A DNA stretch of 64,000 nt from Chlorokybus atmophyticus (lineage: Eukaryota; Plantae; Mesostigma and Chlorokybus algae): assembly GCA_009103225.1 (NCBI GenBank), contig RHPI01002112.1, positions 280,150 through 344,149 on the forward strand, written 5' to 3'. Below are positions 35,201 through 48,029 of the stretch, piece after piece. Within the stretch, counting starts at the first letter, position 1. The number at the start of each line of letters is the position of its first letter. The position numbers were made by a program, and so were the translations under genes. The notes beneath the pieces are model-generated. The model was not told the origin of the DNA. It saw nothing but the letters and a program-made list of their open reading frames with translations, and did no database searches.

Positions 35201-36726
35201 CACATTGGCTGTTAGGTAAGGGCAACCTGTCGTTGCGCTTCCATTATCATTCCGCGAAGCTGGATGTGGCAGCCTGCATATTGACATAGGGAGTGTTGTG
35301 AATATTGACAAAGCGAACACTGTGTACCTCATCGAGTGTTGATTAACCATTGAGAACGGAAGCATTTGTGTGCGAGTTTTAAGTAACTTCTCAACCGCTA
35401 CGTACAGTACAGCCATCAACCTTGATATAAGCAAAACAGGGGGTAATCTTGTGACTGCTTACAAGTGATGATGACCGATCTGAAGGTCATATGTAGCTGC
35501 TGCGTTCGTTCAAGGACACTTGAGTAGAATCTGTGCTTACAAAAACACTGAGTGCCCTCATCAAACCACGCCAGCGTAAGATGATGGGTTGCTACGTACA
35601 CAGGGTATTGTGCATACACCGGGCCAGCATTGGTGACAGGCAGGAGATTGCTGTTGCTTGCCACCAATCTACTGCTGCACAGACACAAACAGCACAAGCA
35701 GACGTTTGTAATTTTCACGCACTCACTGGTAATCAATTAGTCCGCACACAAGACTGCACTGGTTACCTGCAGCACTGCATCATCAATCAAAGGTTCCCTG
35801 CATTTCCGGCAACTCTCGCCTGCTTCTGTCCGGGTCACATGGTTCCGGAAACGGCAGAGCGACCTTGCCAAACACCATATTCACTAACTTCTACATGACA
35901 CAAACAAAGCACAGAACCACCGCAAAAACGAGTGTCGCGCCCTTCCTGCCGCCGCCCAGCACCCTGTGCACACAAGCACCAGCGCTCAGCTCTCACAGCA
36001 GAGTTCCGATTTGGCTTCTGAGCGTGTCTGGACACGGCTAGGATGTCGACGCAAGTCGATCGTAAGTCAGAGTGTGCGGCGTGTCCAAACGTGTCCCGAA
36101 GCCCTACATTGCCACGTCAGCTGACGGCCTCGGCGGGGGCGGGGGCGGTGCCGGGAGGAGGAGGCGTGTGCGTGGCGTCCTTTACTTGGGCATGGTTGGA
36201 TTGATATGATGGCTTCTTGGGCGCAAGGCGTGGTGCCCGCGGTGCAGAGCTGCACGGCTGGCTTCGGGGTCTGGCCTCCGGCAGCTGAATGCAGGAAACA
36301 GAGATCTGTCTCTGCAAGATGCACGCCGCAGCTCAAAGCTCAAGCTGCAGCCACACAGCGATTTGCAATTTGCAGATGGGTATGTGCATACCGTCGTCGC
36401 AGATTTAGTTGAGATCTGGAGGTTGTCGGGTGGTTGGTGACACCGGTCACGGGGTTAAGACCGCACGGCACTTATCAGCATGCACAGTGAAACCGGAATG
36501 CGTTGCATTAACAGTGGAATGCATTGACAGCTTTTGCCATGGCTGTCTCATTTTCCTTTCAAGATGTGACAGTGTCAAGCAATAGTTGACCATTGCTGAG
36601 ACGGCTTGCAACCGCACTCTCTAAGTTTTGGTCATGCTGTTGCTTTTGTCATTCGAAGCCCCTGTGAAGTGGCATCAGGCTGTCGACATATACATACAGT
36701 AATCATCCACTGCATGCAGCTTACGA

Positions 36727-38945
36727 ATGCTGCAATTATTTCAGGGACAGAATGGTTCGCAAGTAGCGTCAAGACCTAAAGCTCGGCCATCCACAATGCG
36801 TAACAGACGGCGGCATCGTGAGCAGTGTTCTGCCATGCTGCTGGAGGGCTACTCTGCATCGGACTTTGAGTTATTGCAGCGTATTGGCCAGATGACGCTG
36901 CTTCAGGTAGGTAGGCAACGTTGTTTTACATGCTGCTCACCACAACTACGCTTGTGAAAAGACCCTTTTATACTAACCAGCAGCCATGTGTCAGGCTCAA
37001 TCTCGCATTCTCAGCTCGTCACTGTGGCATGCTTTCGTTTGCCTTCTCCACCTGGTCAACTCTACTGTTGTCTCACTGCGGACCTGCCTCGCAGAAAGAA
37101 GTTGCGGACAGTAACAGCCCTTTGCAGCCTCTCAATGTGTCGCAAACCGCGCTCACGGAGCAGGTCGTCAATTTATATGCAGCAAAGTTTGCGATTGGGT
37201 ATGCATTGGCAGAGACATCGCAACAAGAATGCTTGTGTACCACATTTGTGCATGTGCAAACATGCTCATAATGCTTGTTGGTAACGAACATGTGTGCATA
37301 TTCAGCATGGCTTCAGGATTTCCTGGTTCTTTGACGCCACTTTACATGGTCTCATGGTCTTTTGTTCGCAGGGTGCCTATGGCCTATGACCAGTCAACCG
37401 TCATACTCAAAGAATACACGCCTGCAGCACAGAAGCTTGGGTTCAATGAATTACGAATGTACGCAACTTGCCTGGCATTTTCACAACAAATCTTGTACAG
37501 CCCACTGACCCACTTCACAGCATACATCACGCCATGGTTTTTGCAGATATCAGCGACTAATGGCACCCGTCCTAGGTCAAAATGCGGAAGTGATTGGGGT
37601 TGTCAGAGACCCGCCCGTTGCTCCATTGTTAGGGTGCGAGCCATCATTTGCATGGCATTACACAGCTGTGAAAGTCCATTTTGTCTGTTTTGGAATGCCA
37701 GCTGTGCTTGCAGTCAGTGTTCACACTTTTCTGCTGTCAAACAGGCACTTCATGTCGCTTTGTGTAGATCGGCAGAATCAACCTTGCAACACAGAGGGTG
37801 CAGAATTTGCTGATGCCAGCTTATGGCTGGTAAGTAGCAACCTATCAGGGCTGTGCTTGAGTTACTCCGTTATTATGATTGCAAGGGGGAGGCGTTGTTG
37901 TCTTGTTTATGCATGCCAAGCCAAGCACTCCGCGCAGATCATGCCGCGGTCTATACTGCAAACTCTGGTCAGTTATCCAAGCGCTCCTCAGCCAGCTCTA
38001 CTCTTTGATAGGTTCAATCCTGATGCAGCTGCAGAACGGCGAATGGACTACATTCGGGTGAGTAAACTCTTGTCACCCGTGCCGTGATTCACCTGTCTGC
38101 CATTGTGAATCAATGCTCAAATTGCTTGTGATCCTGCAGGCTGTGTTCCGCGGAGCTTTACAAGCATTGAGTTTCTGTCATGGTCGGGGCATCGCGCACA
38201 GGTCCATCAGTGCAGCTTCCCTCATTGTGAACACTCTCGACGACCGAGAAACTGGTGTGGGCAACTGTTGCATGCAGTGGATACAGTGCAAGTGCTTGCA
38301 GGGTGTGTGGCCAGCAGCGGCTGACTAAGGTTGTTGCACCCAGGTTCACTGGAAGTGAAGCTCGCAAATTTTGGCAATAGCATAGACGTGTTGGAGGTGG
38401 GTGACGGGTTAAGGTTGTGTCGTCTGTACAGTGCAGTTGCTGTGTGCTTACTGACAGCGTGCGTGTGGCAGGGCATCGCATCCATAGACGAATCCACACT
38501 GGTAGAGTGTCGGGCAGCGGGTGCTCGTTCAGTTGATGAGGTTATTGAGTTGTGCAGGTGGGTGTTGCAGACAGTGAGTCGTCTGGTTGCTATCGGTGTT
38601 CATGGTTCAAGAAACTTTTTGACCCGTTTCTCTGCATCTGACAGGATGCAAGATCTTCATTCGTTGGGACTCACCATGGCGGAGTTGGTGTTCTCTGCGT
38701 TGGCGGAGAGCGGGCCGTCGGAGCGCACCAGCCAGCTGGCGTTGCACCGCCTACTGGAGGGGGTGTTTAAGGGTGACATGCAACAAGCGAGGGATTTTTG
38801 CGAGCAGGAAGACGACTGGTCCAGAGCTGTTCAGTTTTTGGACCAGTGTGACCGCGCCGGCTGGCAGTTGTTGGGACAGTTGATCAGAAGAGAGGTACGA
38901 GCTCAGGAAGCTCTAGCATCGCCGTTGTTGGAACCACAAGTATAA
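36727..38945 (+). CDS. Protein kinase-like protein, STN7/STN8-related plant family, probably catalytically inactive
   Basis: VILKEY, ALQALSFCHGRGIAHRSISAASLIV (HRD replaced by HRS), VKLANFG (DFG replaced by NFG), DLHSLGLTMAELVF, AVQFLDQCDRAGWQLL. GT-AG introns. The 5' end is uncertain. Confidence 0.72.
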
Positions 38946-40626
38946 CATGTGCCTTCACACGCGGTGCATTGCTGGCTGCATGCCGTATGAATAGGCTTTC
39001 CAATCACAAAGGTGCAAACGCACAAGCACGCAACCAAGCACACCAGCAGTAGCACAGGAAACAAAAGCACTTCTAGTACTTGGGCCAGGGCCTACTCAAA
39101 CTGTGTGCTGTAGTTCAGTGCGGATGATGTGGGCGGGGGCGGGGTCAGCAGCAGCAGCAGGGCAGGGGATGGGCAAGAAGTGCACGCAAGCAGACTTGTG
39201 CGCGCAGTTGCTAGGGTCAGGCCTTGTGTGTCGCCACGTTCAACAGCAACAGCAGCAGCAAGGGGGCGGAGGTGTGGCGGAGAGGAGTGCTGTATTGTGC
39301 CATGCGAATGAAGGGGCTATGGCGGGCGGCCGTGCTATTGGAGTGCTTATGTGCAGGGCGTGGTAAAACCGCCAGGGCTGTTGTGAGTCTTGTGTGGCAT
39401 GGCTGCAGGCCATTATGGCTCACATTGCCCAACAGGGTAGCCAGTGACAGCAAGGCATGTAGGAGCTAAGTTAGCAGGAGCAAACCCAGTCAGTAACAGC
39501 AGCTGAGTTAGTGGTCGGTCATGTCCACGCACTGTAGCTGACAGAAATCATGTGCGGGCAAACACCCTACTCCCCACACACTGCATAACCACTCACTTAC
39601 CTCACTCACCTGTGTTGTTTACTGTTGGCCAACATGTAGAGCCTTTGGTAGGACACATTGTAGGCCATCCTTTCCATCCAATACATCTTTACCTGCAACT
39701 TTCCCAGGAGTCCATGCATGTGATAGCCATAGGACTGCATGTCCCTGAGTTGCTGCACCATCTCACACAGAAGTGCTCTCGCAAAGTGCATATGCGATTG
39801 AATCTCTCAAACTGTGACACTACCACTCCCAACTTTGCGGACTTGGATCTGTGGATGTCCGGGTGTGATGCCCTTTGGCGTGGTAAGTACCTGTGCTGTC
39901 CGTGATGGTTGTTGCAGCATGCCTGCATGCAGCATCATCAGGATGTCATTATGTGTTCGGACGTTGGAAGCAGTGCATTCATTCATGCAGAGTGCGTGTG
40001 TGCATCCACTGGCAACAGCGTGGTACACTCATGCAACACATATACAAGAGCTGACAAAGACACGCACAACGCCCACTGACCACATGTGTCAATTTACACG
40101 TTAACAACATGTTGATGTATATGGGGTTGGGTGTTCCCAACGCGAATAATGTGAAGTGTACATGAGTGCGATGTCGCAAGGCATGCCCAGTGCACACTGT
40201 GTCGCATCATAGTACAAAAGAAAGCAAGTAACGTGCGTAATTATGAACTAAGCATCATCACACATTGGTATAAGCAAATGGGTTGCCCCAAGTCCCTAGC
40301 AAAGCAAGCGCAATACCAACATTCCCATAGCTGGGCGAGCTGCAGCACGAAGCCTGAGGCCCCAAGTAGTATACAAGACAAATCATGTGAAGGTGTACAG
40401 GATAATCGCGGTGCTGTTGTGTCTGAATTTCACATGAGTTGCGGAATACAAATGCACACGCACACTACATAGAATCACACAGCAACCAATATTATCAGTA
40501 TTTCATATTGACCACTAGGCTACACTTCGCTACTTTGCATTGATGCCAGCACTGTGCGAGATATGCTCGCTAGTGTGGCGCAATAGCCAATACAACAAAT
40601 GCAGTTTTACAGTTGACCCCATCTGA

Positions 40627-41093
40627 CAGCTGCTTGCCAAGAGCACGTTAATAGATGGTTGAGTGTGCAGACACTCTGCCGGTTGCTCACACTTTCACCA
40701 GTGTGCATGCTCAAACACAATCCCTGCATTCGATATGTTGTACACACACACACACACACATGTCAGTCACTACCTGAGGCACATGGAGGTGCCCTCAGGT
40801 AGTGTGAATGCTGTTCAAGGCTGTAAAGTGACAACACAGGGTAGTTCAGATGATCACACCGTCAGCTAATGTAGCTGTAAACTCGACTGCATTTGCCAGC
40901 TGCTTGCCAAGAGCACGTCAAATACTGGTTGAGTGTGCAGACCATCACTGCCGGTTGCTCACACTCTTACCGATGTGCATGCCCAAGCACTTTGGTTATG
41001 TGGAGATGCCCTCGGGTGGTGGAAATGTTGTAAGAGGTTGCAAAGTGACATCACAGGGTGCTTGAGGTGCTCTGATGTACACACCAGCTAATG
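40627..41093. repeat. Diverged tandem duplication (about 270-bp offset)
   Basis: CAGCTGCTTGCCAAGAGCACGT at 40627 and 40897. Colinear blocks GGTTGAGTGTGCAGAC, GCCGGTTGCTCACACT, AAAGTGACA-CACAGGGT and CAGCTAATG follow. Confidence 0.85.
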
Positions 41094-41450
41094 CTAAGCA
41101 CAGCATGCATCACTTGCATCTGCTGTACACATGCAACCCAGACGCAGCGCTGGAGAGCTTGGATTACAAACAATTGCTAGATATTGCTGACTGGCATCCA
41201 GCTGAGCAACTGTGACACATCCAAAACAGGCTGCTAACTCCTTGCAATAGAGGTCACAAGTGGTGGTCACTGCCAGATCGCACGGGGCACGTAGATCCTG
41301 AGTTGCAACAAACACTGTCAGTACTGCTGAGGACAGCAAGGCTTGACAGCACAGAATCATTACCGCTGCAGCATCACAATGCACCATATACAGCGTACAT
41401 ATAGGGCTATGCAGAGGTCATAAGCGGTTGCTATCTGCACCATCACCCTG

Positions 41451-43823
41451 CTAGTCTGCTAGGGTGCCAAAATGTGCGCCGTGCGGAACATACCAGTCTT
41501 GAGGGTTGAGGCCTTCGCAGAGCGGCACAATCATTGGTAAGCTCCCCTTTCGCGAAACCGCTTCCAACCTAAACAGCAATGTCGGATAGTGTCAACAGCT
41601 GTGAGGCTCGCAAAGAGCCTCCCATGTGATGTAGCGAACGTGACAAGTAGGCGGAAAGCAATAGTGCTCTCACCTCAGGCCATAATTGGAACAGGCGTCC
41701 TGTGGTAGCGGCCATGGCCACCCCACGACGGACCAAGTAATGGTCTTGCCCAGCTCAATGCCGGCTTCCATTGCCGTTTTGACTGCAGCCGCAAACACCG
41801 CAGCTCCAGTTTCCGCATTGTCCACTGCACGCAGAATCAGGGTTCAGGCATGCTAGGCTTAAGGCAGGCAATCGGATAACCTCAAAGTACAAACCTTGAC
41901 AAAGCAGGATGCGCAATGTGCCGCTTTCGATGTCATGCATCCACACCTGTAGTCACAGTGTAAATAAGAAGCAGGTTTTGGAGTACACTGCATTCTAAAG
42001 CTGGTCATGCATGCACCGTACCGCACAGCTGCCACCCAAGACTGCCCCCGAGTACTGCATATGTGGAAACGACATCAAGTCTTCATAACTAGCCTGTCGC
42101 TCTATCAGCCAGTCCACCTGGTGGCAGATGAGAAGACAGTCAATCACATAGCCACCCAACAAGTTGAGCTGCCACGAGTTGCATCAGCTGCATGTAGAAT
42201 ACAATCCACCTGTAACGGATCGGCTTTGATAATAAGACTGGTTGCTTCAGACTCCCGCGCTGCCTACAACAACGAGCATATCAGCCAAACGTGGGCTGCA
42301 TGCACAGTAGCCTGATTGCGAATGCACAGAGAACACTCTTACAGCTGCATTGATCTCCTCAATGTAAGGCCGGACATCTTCTCTTCTCAGCCACTGCACA
42401 CCAGAGCAGGCGTCGCGAACTTGAGAGACTGCATTTGCGTCATCTTTGAGGGTGGCAACGTAGTCCATTGGTTGCGCGACAGGAGCTGAAAAGCTGCCAG
42501 CTTGTTCGTACATACTTGCACCAACATCCGAATACAGCACCTGCAGCAAATCCACATGCATCAATGCCCAAGCCAGCGGTGCATTTACCTGCTATTGGCA
42601 TGCCATACGCAGCAGTAACAAGCAGTGATAGCAATAGACGATAAGCTAGTTCACACGTTGTTAATAATAATCTAGGTCTGGTCCACACTGTCAACGTGAG
42701 CCCGTTGACAAGCTGTGCTTTGTTCACTATCTTTGTAATGGTCGTGCCATTGAAAACCTGCAACGCACCAAGGCGAGTGCATCGCTGTCCATGCGCCGCA
42801 CTTTGTCAACGAGCAGCCTGATCAATTCACCGGCGTAACCCTTTTCTGTCAGTTGCAACAATTCCGTCATTCCCATGCAAGCAGAAGCCAAGTACAGCGG
42901 ATTGGCTGCATTGTTTTTGTGTGCATGAAGTAGAACAGCTTATCTGGCGAACTTACTGCGACAATCAGGCGATGTAAACACGGAAGCAATGCCGTAAACC
43001 GTTCCAGTCCGGCCTTTCCATGTGCACTCCTGAGAAACCCTACATGTGCTTGTGAGCCCTCAGCATACGTCACGAACGAACATTAACTGCAGTTGACAAC
43101 AATTACAACAACTGCATTGTCCAGCACACTATGCATAAGGCTGAGGTGTTGCTGACCTCGCAATAAGTTTCACATGAGCTCAACACAGCTTCAGGCGTGA
43201 TTGGACCAGCAGAATGCTCACACTCTGCATGGACAGAGCTTACACTCAGCAACAACATAGGTCTTGAGTTTCCTCTCAATGTAGAGACCAAGCAGGTGCA
43301 GCAGCTTACTTGTAAGAACCCAGCTGATCAACGCACGGCGCGACCACGGGTGTGTGTCCAGGCGCTCCTCTCGCACAAGGTACTGCACATATCAATCCAT
43401 GAACAGGCAGTGCTTGCTGCGTTGTGTAGATATGCTTGTCACCAAAGCATAATCTTTAACCACTAAGTGATGACATATGCGGCGCTCAAGTGCCGTGGGC
43501 CGAGTGCTGTCAGCAAACGGGTGAGGTAACACGACTGAAGCGACCGCAGCGAATGGCATGCTGGAGAGCATGCGTCCGCACTTGCTATAGCACACTGACC
43601 TTTTCCGTCCGCATACCAACATCTTGGGCAGCGTGGGGCCAATGCGTGCCTTATTGGCTTGCATGCATGCTTACAAGCATTGCACGGCTGAAGTATGCTC
43701 CAAGCTCTATTTGTCCTAGCTTGCCTGATCAATGGTCAGCCGCTTGCCCCATTCCGCCTGGTGAAGCCGCCTCCGGCCAGCCAGCACCTCGCCGTCACCC
43801 TCGCCCAACGCCCGCACCTCCAT
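41451..43823 (-). CDS. GNAT-family N-acetyltransferase (LYC1-like), multi-exon
   Basis: LHQAEWGKRLTIDQ|YLVREERLDTHPWSRRALISWVL, SSCETY, motif A RKGYAGELIRLL, VLYSDVGASMYEQAG, last exon GSLPMIVPL...QDW. First intron appears to be GC-AG. Confidence 0.62.
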
Positions 43824-44683
43824 CCCTACCGCGTCCGCCGCCGCCGCCGCCACTGCCGTAACAAACCGGCCTATCAGTAACGTGTCCGGCCGAAAGCTGT
43901 CAGTTTCATTCCAACGGCCTATAAGACCGATCCTCAATTGAGCTGTTCCGGCAATTGAGATTTGGCCTGCGAAATAAATCAGGCACGCGAGTTCACGCCG
44001 GTTGAGGACTATCCGATGACCGAAGACTTTCCGGCGGACAGGACAAGCTTTGACAGCCGAGCTCTGATCAACATGGCGGTCAGTGAACTAGTGAACAGGC
44101 ACCTTGAACCTTACAATGGGCCACAAAGCCGCCTGCTTTATGATCACCCACACTTGCCGGTGATCAGTAAGGCAGGGATCACAGTATCAGCGACTGTCAG
44201 TGATCACCAATCCCTGCGCATCGACGAAACAAACAAACAAAACAAAACAAAATCGCGTGCTTGCCGTGTGAGGATTCCGCTGCACGGCTTTGAGACGCTC
44301 GGCCAGCAGGCCTAGCTAAGATTAAAAGCTTTCCGCTCCTAACCTCTGCCATCTGCAGCATGCCATACATGGCGCTGGCGTGCACGACGACAAGGGCAAC
44401 AAGGGCTTGGGGGAGGCTGAGCTAACGCAGGTGGAGAAGGGGGCATTTGTACAGGTTGCTTGCTGCTAGTGCGCTTTTCTGGCTGAGCTGACAGGACAAG
44501 TGCTGTCGCTTTGTTGAACGGCTGTTGCCAGCCTTTGTAGTGGCAGTCTGCCTGTTGCACATGCTTCCGTAGCAACGCGCAGCCTGCTGGTGGTGGAGCA
44601 AGCAGCGCTTTGGTGGACTGGGGAAACTAGTTTTGTCGAGTCGCTGTCACTTCTTGTGTGCGGGGCGTCCAAGCATGCACAAC

Positions 44684-47380
44684 ATGAAGCATGCTTGTTG
44701 CAAGCTTGCTGCCGCCTTCTGTCTAGTCAGCTTGCTGCTAGCTGGCACCGGCGCAGCACAGGTTGGTCCATGCTGTGTGAGTTGCGTACTCACTTGTCTC
44801 TGCATGCTGGCTGGCATGAGGTCAACTTGCTCGCTCCGTTGGCAGGATGTACAGCTCCTGGTCAGACAGATCTCTGGCTTCCCGCTGTTTGCGATGGCGC
44901 CTCCGGGAGCTGACGGCATGATATATGTCGTGTCGCAAACGGGACTCATTAACGTGTACAGCACCAGCACAGGCCAGCAGCTATCCAAGTTTCTCGACAT
45001 CACTGATCAGGTAGGAGGAAGAAAGCCGTGAATCATGCTTGACAGGTCTAGTACATGCAGTCAGCTTTCGTCCTGCACGACCTGACAGTATTAAGTACGC
45101 ATAGCTGTTGTACAACACTGGCCAGCACACAACACCTTGTTCCCTTGTGGTATGCAAGCTGATTGTCACACAGCAGCTGATTGAAGCAGGTTTATGGGGC
45201 TCTTGTGCTGAGCATGCGGTCACTTGCGCATAGGTCTCACGATTGACCCGCCATTGCAGCTGTTGTTGATGTTATCGTTGTGGCGTGTTCCAGTCATGGG
45301 TAGGTTAGAGGCATACTGCATTGGGCCTGCCGTCAAGTAGTACTGGTAAAACGGACACAGCACAGTTCTCTGGCTGATTGCATGTTATGTGCAGCGCCTG
45401 CAGTTGTTGTGGCAAACTGTCTAAGTCTTTGAGCGTTGCTGTGCACAAATGCAGCTGCTGGTACTGACTGGAGAGCTGGCAGATCAAAATCAACGGGGAA
45501 GCGGGGTTGCTGGGGCTTGCATTTCACCCTCGCTACCTGGAGAATGGACTGTTTTACGTGAATTATGTTGATGGAAGCCTTGTCACTAACATCGCTGAGT
45601 TCAGGTACGGGTTGCAGGTTTTTGTCAGTTGTGGCCCGCACGCGTGTTTTTAACCAGGTGTGTCTCAGGGGGAATCCAGATCCCGCAGTCTTGACAGCGG
45701 ACCCTTCAACAAAACGGGTGTTGTTGACTGTGCAGCAGCCTTTCAGCAACCACAATGGCGGTATGCTTCAATTTGGACCAGACGGACTTCTGTGGGTAAG
45801 CCCAACTCATAACCAATATCAGTCTGTGTTAGTGGCACTTCACTTACCTATAACAACCTGTTGTACTACACCTTACCCATTGCATAAGCATGCAGGCTCG
45901 CAAACTATGCAGCTTGCGCGAGTGTGTGCAATGCACGCGCCTCCAATTGCCCCGTCCGCATGCTCACAATGCGCACATCCACAAGCATGTGCGCACGTCT
46001 GCACTTTTTGACATATGCACATGTGTGCACATGCGCTTTGCATGCACACATTGAACGGTTTAATATGACGAGTCTGAAACAAACATTGTTCTCAAAGGTC
46101 GGACTTGGCGATGGTGGCAGCGAGGGTGATCCGCTTAAACATGGTCAGGATCCGTCCACGGTGTTTGGGTCCATCTTCAGGCTTCAAGTGGATACGTCCA
46201 TTGTCTCCAAGTCTACTAATGGCGCCGTCACAAAGGAGGGTGTTCCGCTCGCAGACGTATGGGCAAAAGGCCTGCGCAACCCCTGGAGGTAGAGTCTCTT
46301 ATATGGGCTCTATGCTACCATCACTAGGTAGGTTGTATGGTTGAACACAATCCTCTGCAGGTGGAGTTTTGATGGCTCGCTGCTGTACATTGCTGATGTT
46401 GGTCAGCAGCTTTACGAAGAGGTTGACGTACAAGACTCTAACTACAATGTTGTTAACGGAAGCAATGTGAACTTCGGCTGGAGTATTCTAGAAGGCAACC
46501 ATTGCGTGAACTCAGCAAGTTGCAACACCGATGGTGGGCAGCCTGTATGTATCACCGGCAGTGAGTTGCTTGTGTTGTTGCCAAGTTAGGTAGCCTTTGT
46601 TAAGTGTTATGCCACCTCAGGTTTGACACCGCCTGTGCTGGAGTACACCCATAGCGTGCCGAACGGCTGCTGTGTTATCGGTGGCTTTGTGTACCGTGGT
46701 CAAGCTATCCCTCAGTTTGTAGGGCGCTATTTCTATGGTGACTTCTGCAGCGGCAAAGTAAGTCTGTCACGACAAGTGTAACAAGTGTACTGTCAGCATT
46801 TGTACATGCGTGCAGACTCCTAATGTTCCGGTGTAATGTCCACACTGTGAGCACCTCCCATGCACTGGGAAGTGTGCACTTGCGGACGTACAAATAGCAT
46901 TGTTGAACAACAGCGACCATGCATCAAGCCTTGCTATGCGTTTTGACATGGCCTGTTGGCAATGAAAACGTGGTCTCATGCTACGCGTTTGTCCAGGTCT
47001 CGAGCTTCTTGTACGTTCCAGGGCAAGGGGTGACGGACCAGCAGGTGCATGGTTTCCGCAACATTGCGAGCATCTCGTCCTTTGGCATGGACTCTGCTTA
47101 CGAATTGTACATTACGGCTTTCGACGAGGAGGGCTCATTGTGGAAGGTCGTGCCGGGCGGGGGCTCAATTGCAGCGCCTACAGCCAGCACCCCGGCGCCA
47201 AGCCCCGGGAGTAGTTCAGCTCCCTCTCCTTCTCCTCCATCTCCAGCAGGCACCCCTGTTACAGTGCCGGCAGCCCCTGCGCCAAGTCCAGGCACAAATG
47301 ATGGGGTAACTCTTTGTTGTAACCTGCCCTGGGCCTTGCTGCTGTGTGCAGCCCTCGCAAGCGTGGTGATGACGTGGTAG
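44684..47380 (+). CDS. HIPL1-like glucose/sorbosone dehydrogenase (beta-propeller) family protein with signal peptide and GPI-anchor signal
   Basis: Signal peptide [26 protein letters not shown]; [69 protein letters not shown]. Pro/Ser stalk and hydrophobic C-terminus. Confidence 0.9.
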
Positions 47381-47658
47381 TTTTTCATTCTTGTGCATAG
47401 TCTGTAAGTGACAACTACATCAGTGTAGCAGTCTGTTGGTCCAGTGGTACAGTGCAAGTGTGGTCTGTGTGCATCAGTGAATCCCGATCAGCCGTGATTG
47501 GTACCATTCAGGATTGAGTCGGTGTTGAATAGGGACAGGAAGCTGTGTAGTGTAAGGTGGCGATGTTTAGAGGGCAAGTCAAGGGCAGTGTTTTGAACAC
47601 TATTGGAACCCCACTTATATACACGTATTGAGCGAGTCACGTTTGCATCTGCTGTCAG

Positions 47659-48029
47659 GGCTCACCGGTGTCGCCTGCAGCCAGCCCCCCGGCACTGAGC
47701 CCCAGTGGGAATGTTGCCTCTCTCTCCCCCCCTCCCCCTTCCCCTCCTTCTCCCTCTCCCTTTCTCCCTCCCCCTCCCGCTCCCGCTCCCCCTNNNNNNN
47801 NNNNNNNNNNNNNNNNNCACGACAACCACACCCTCCCTCTCCCTCTCCCTCTCCCTCTCCCTCTCCCTCTCCTTCTCCTTCGCCAGCAGGCATCCTTGTT
47901 ACAATACCAGCAGCCCCCGCGCCTGCGCCAAGTCCTCAAGGCACAAATGCTGGGGTGGCTCTGTCTTGTAATCTGCACTGGGCCTTACTGCTGTGTGCAG
48001 CACTCGCAAGTGCTGCATTGATGTGCTAG
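47659..48029 (+). CDS. Duplicated terminal exon: longer Ser-Pro stalk plus second GPI signal (alternative last exon or orphan duplicate)
   Basis: GSPVSPAASPP...[48 protein letters not shown] is paralogous to 47162-47380. Preceded by TGCTGTCAG acceptor at 47650-47658 and contains a 24-N gap. Confidence 0.6.
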
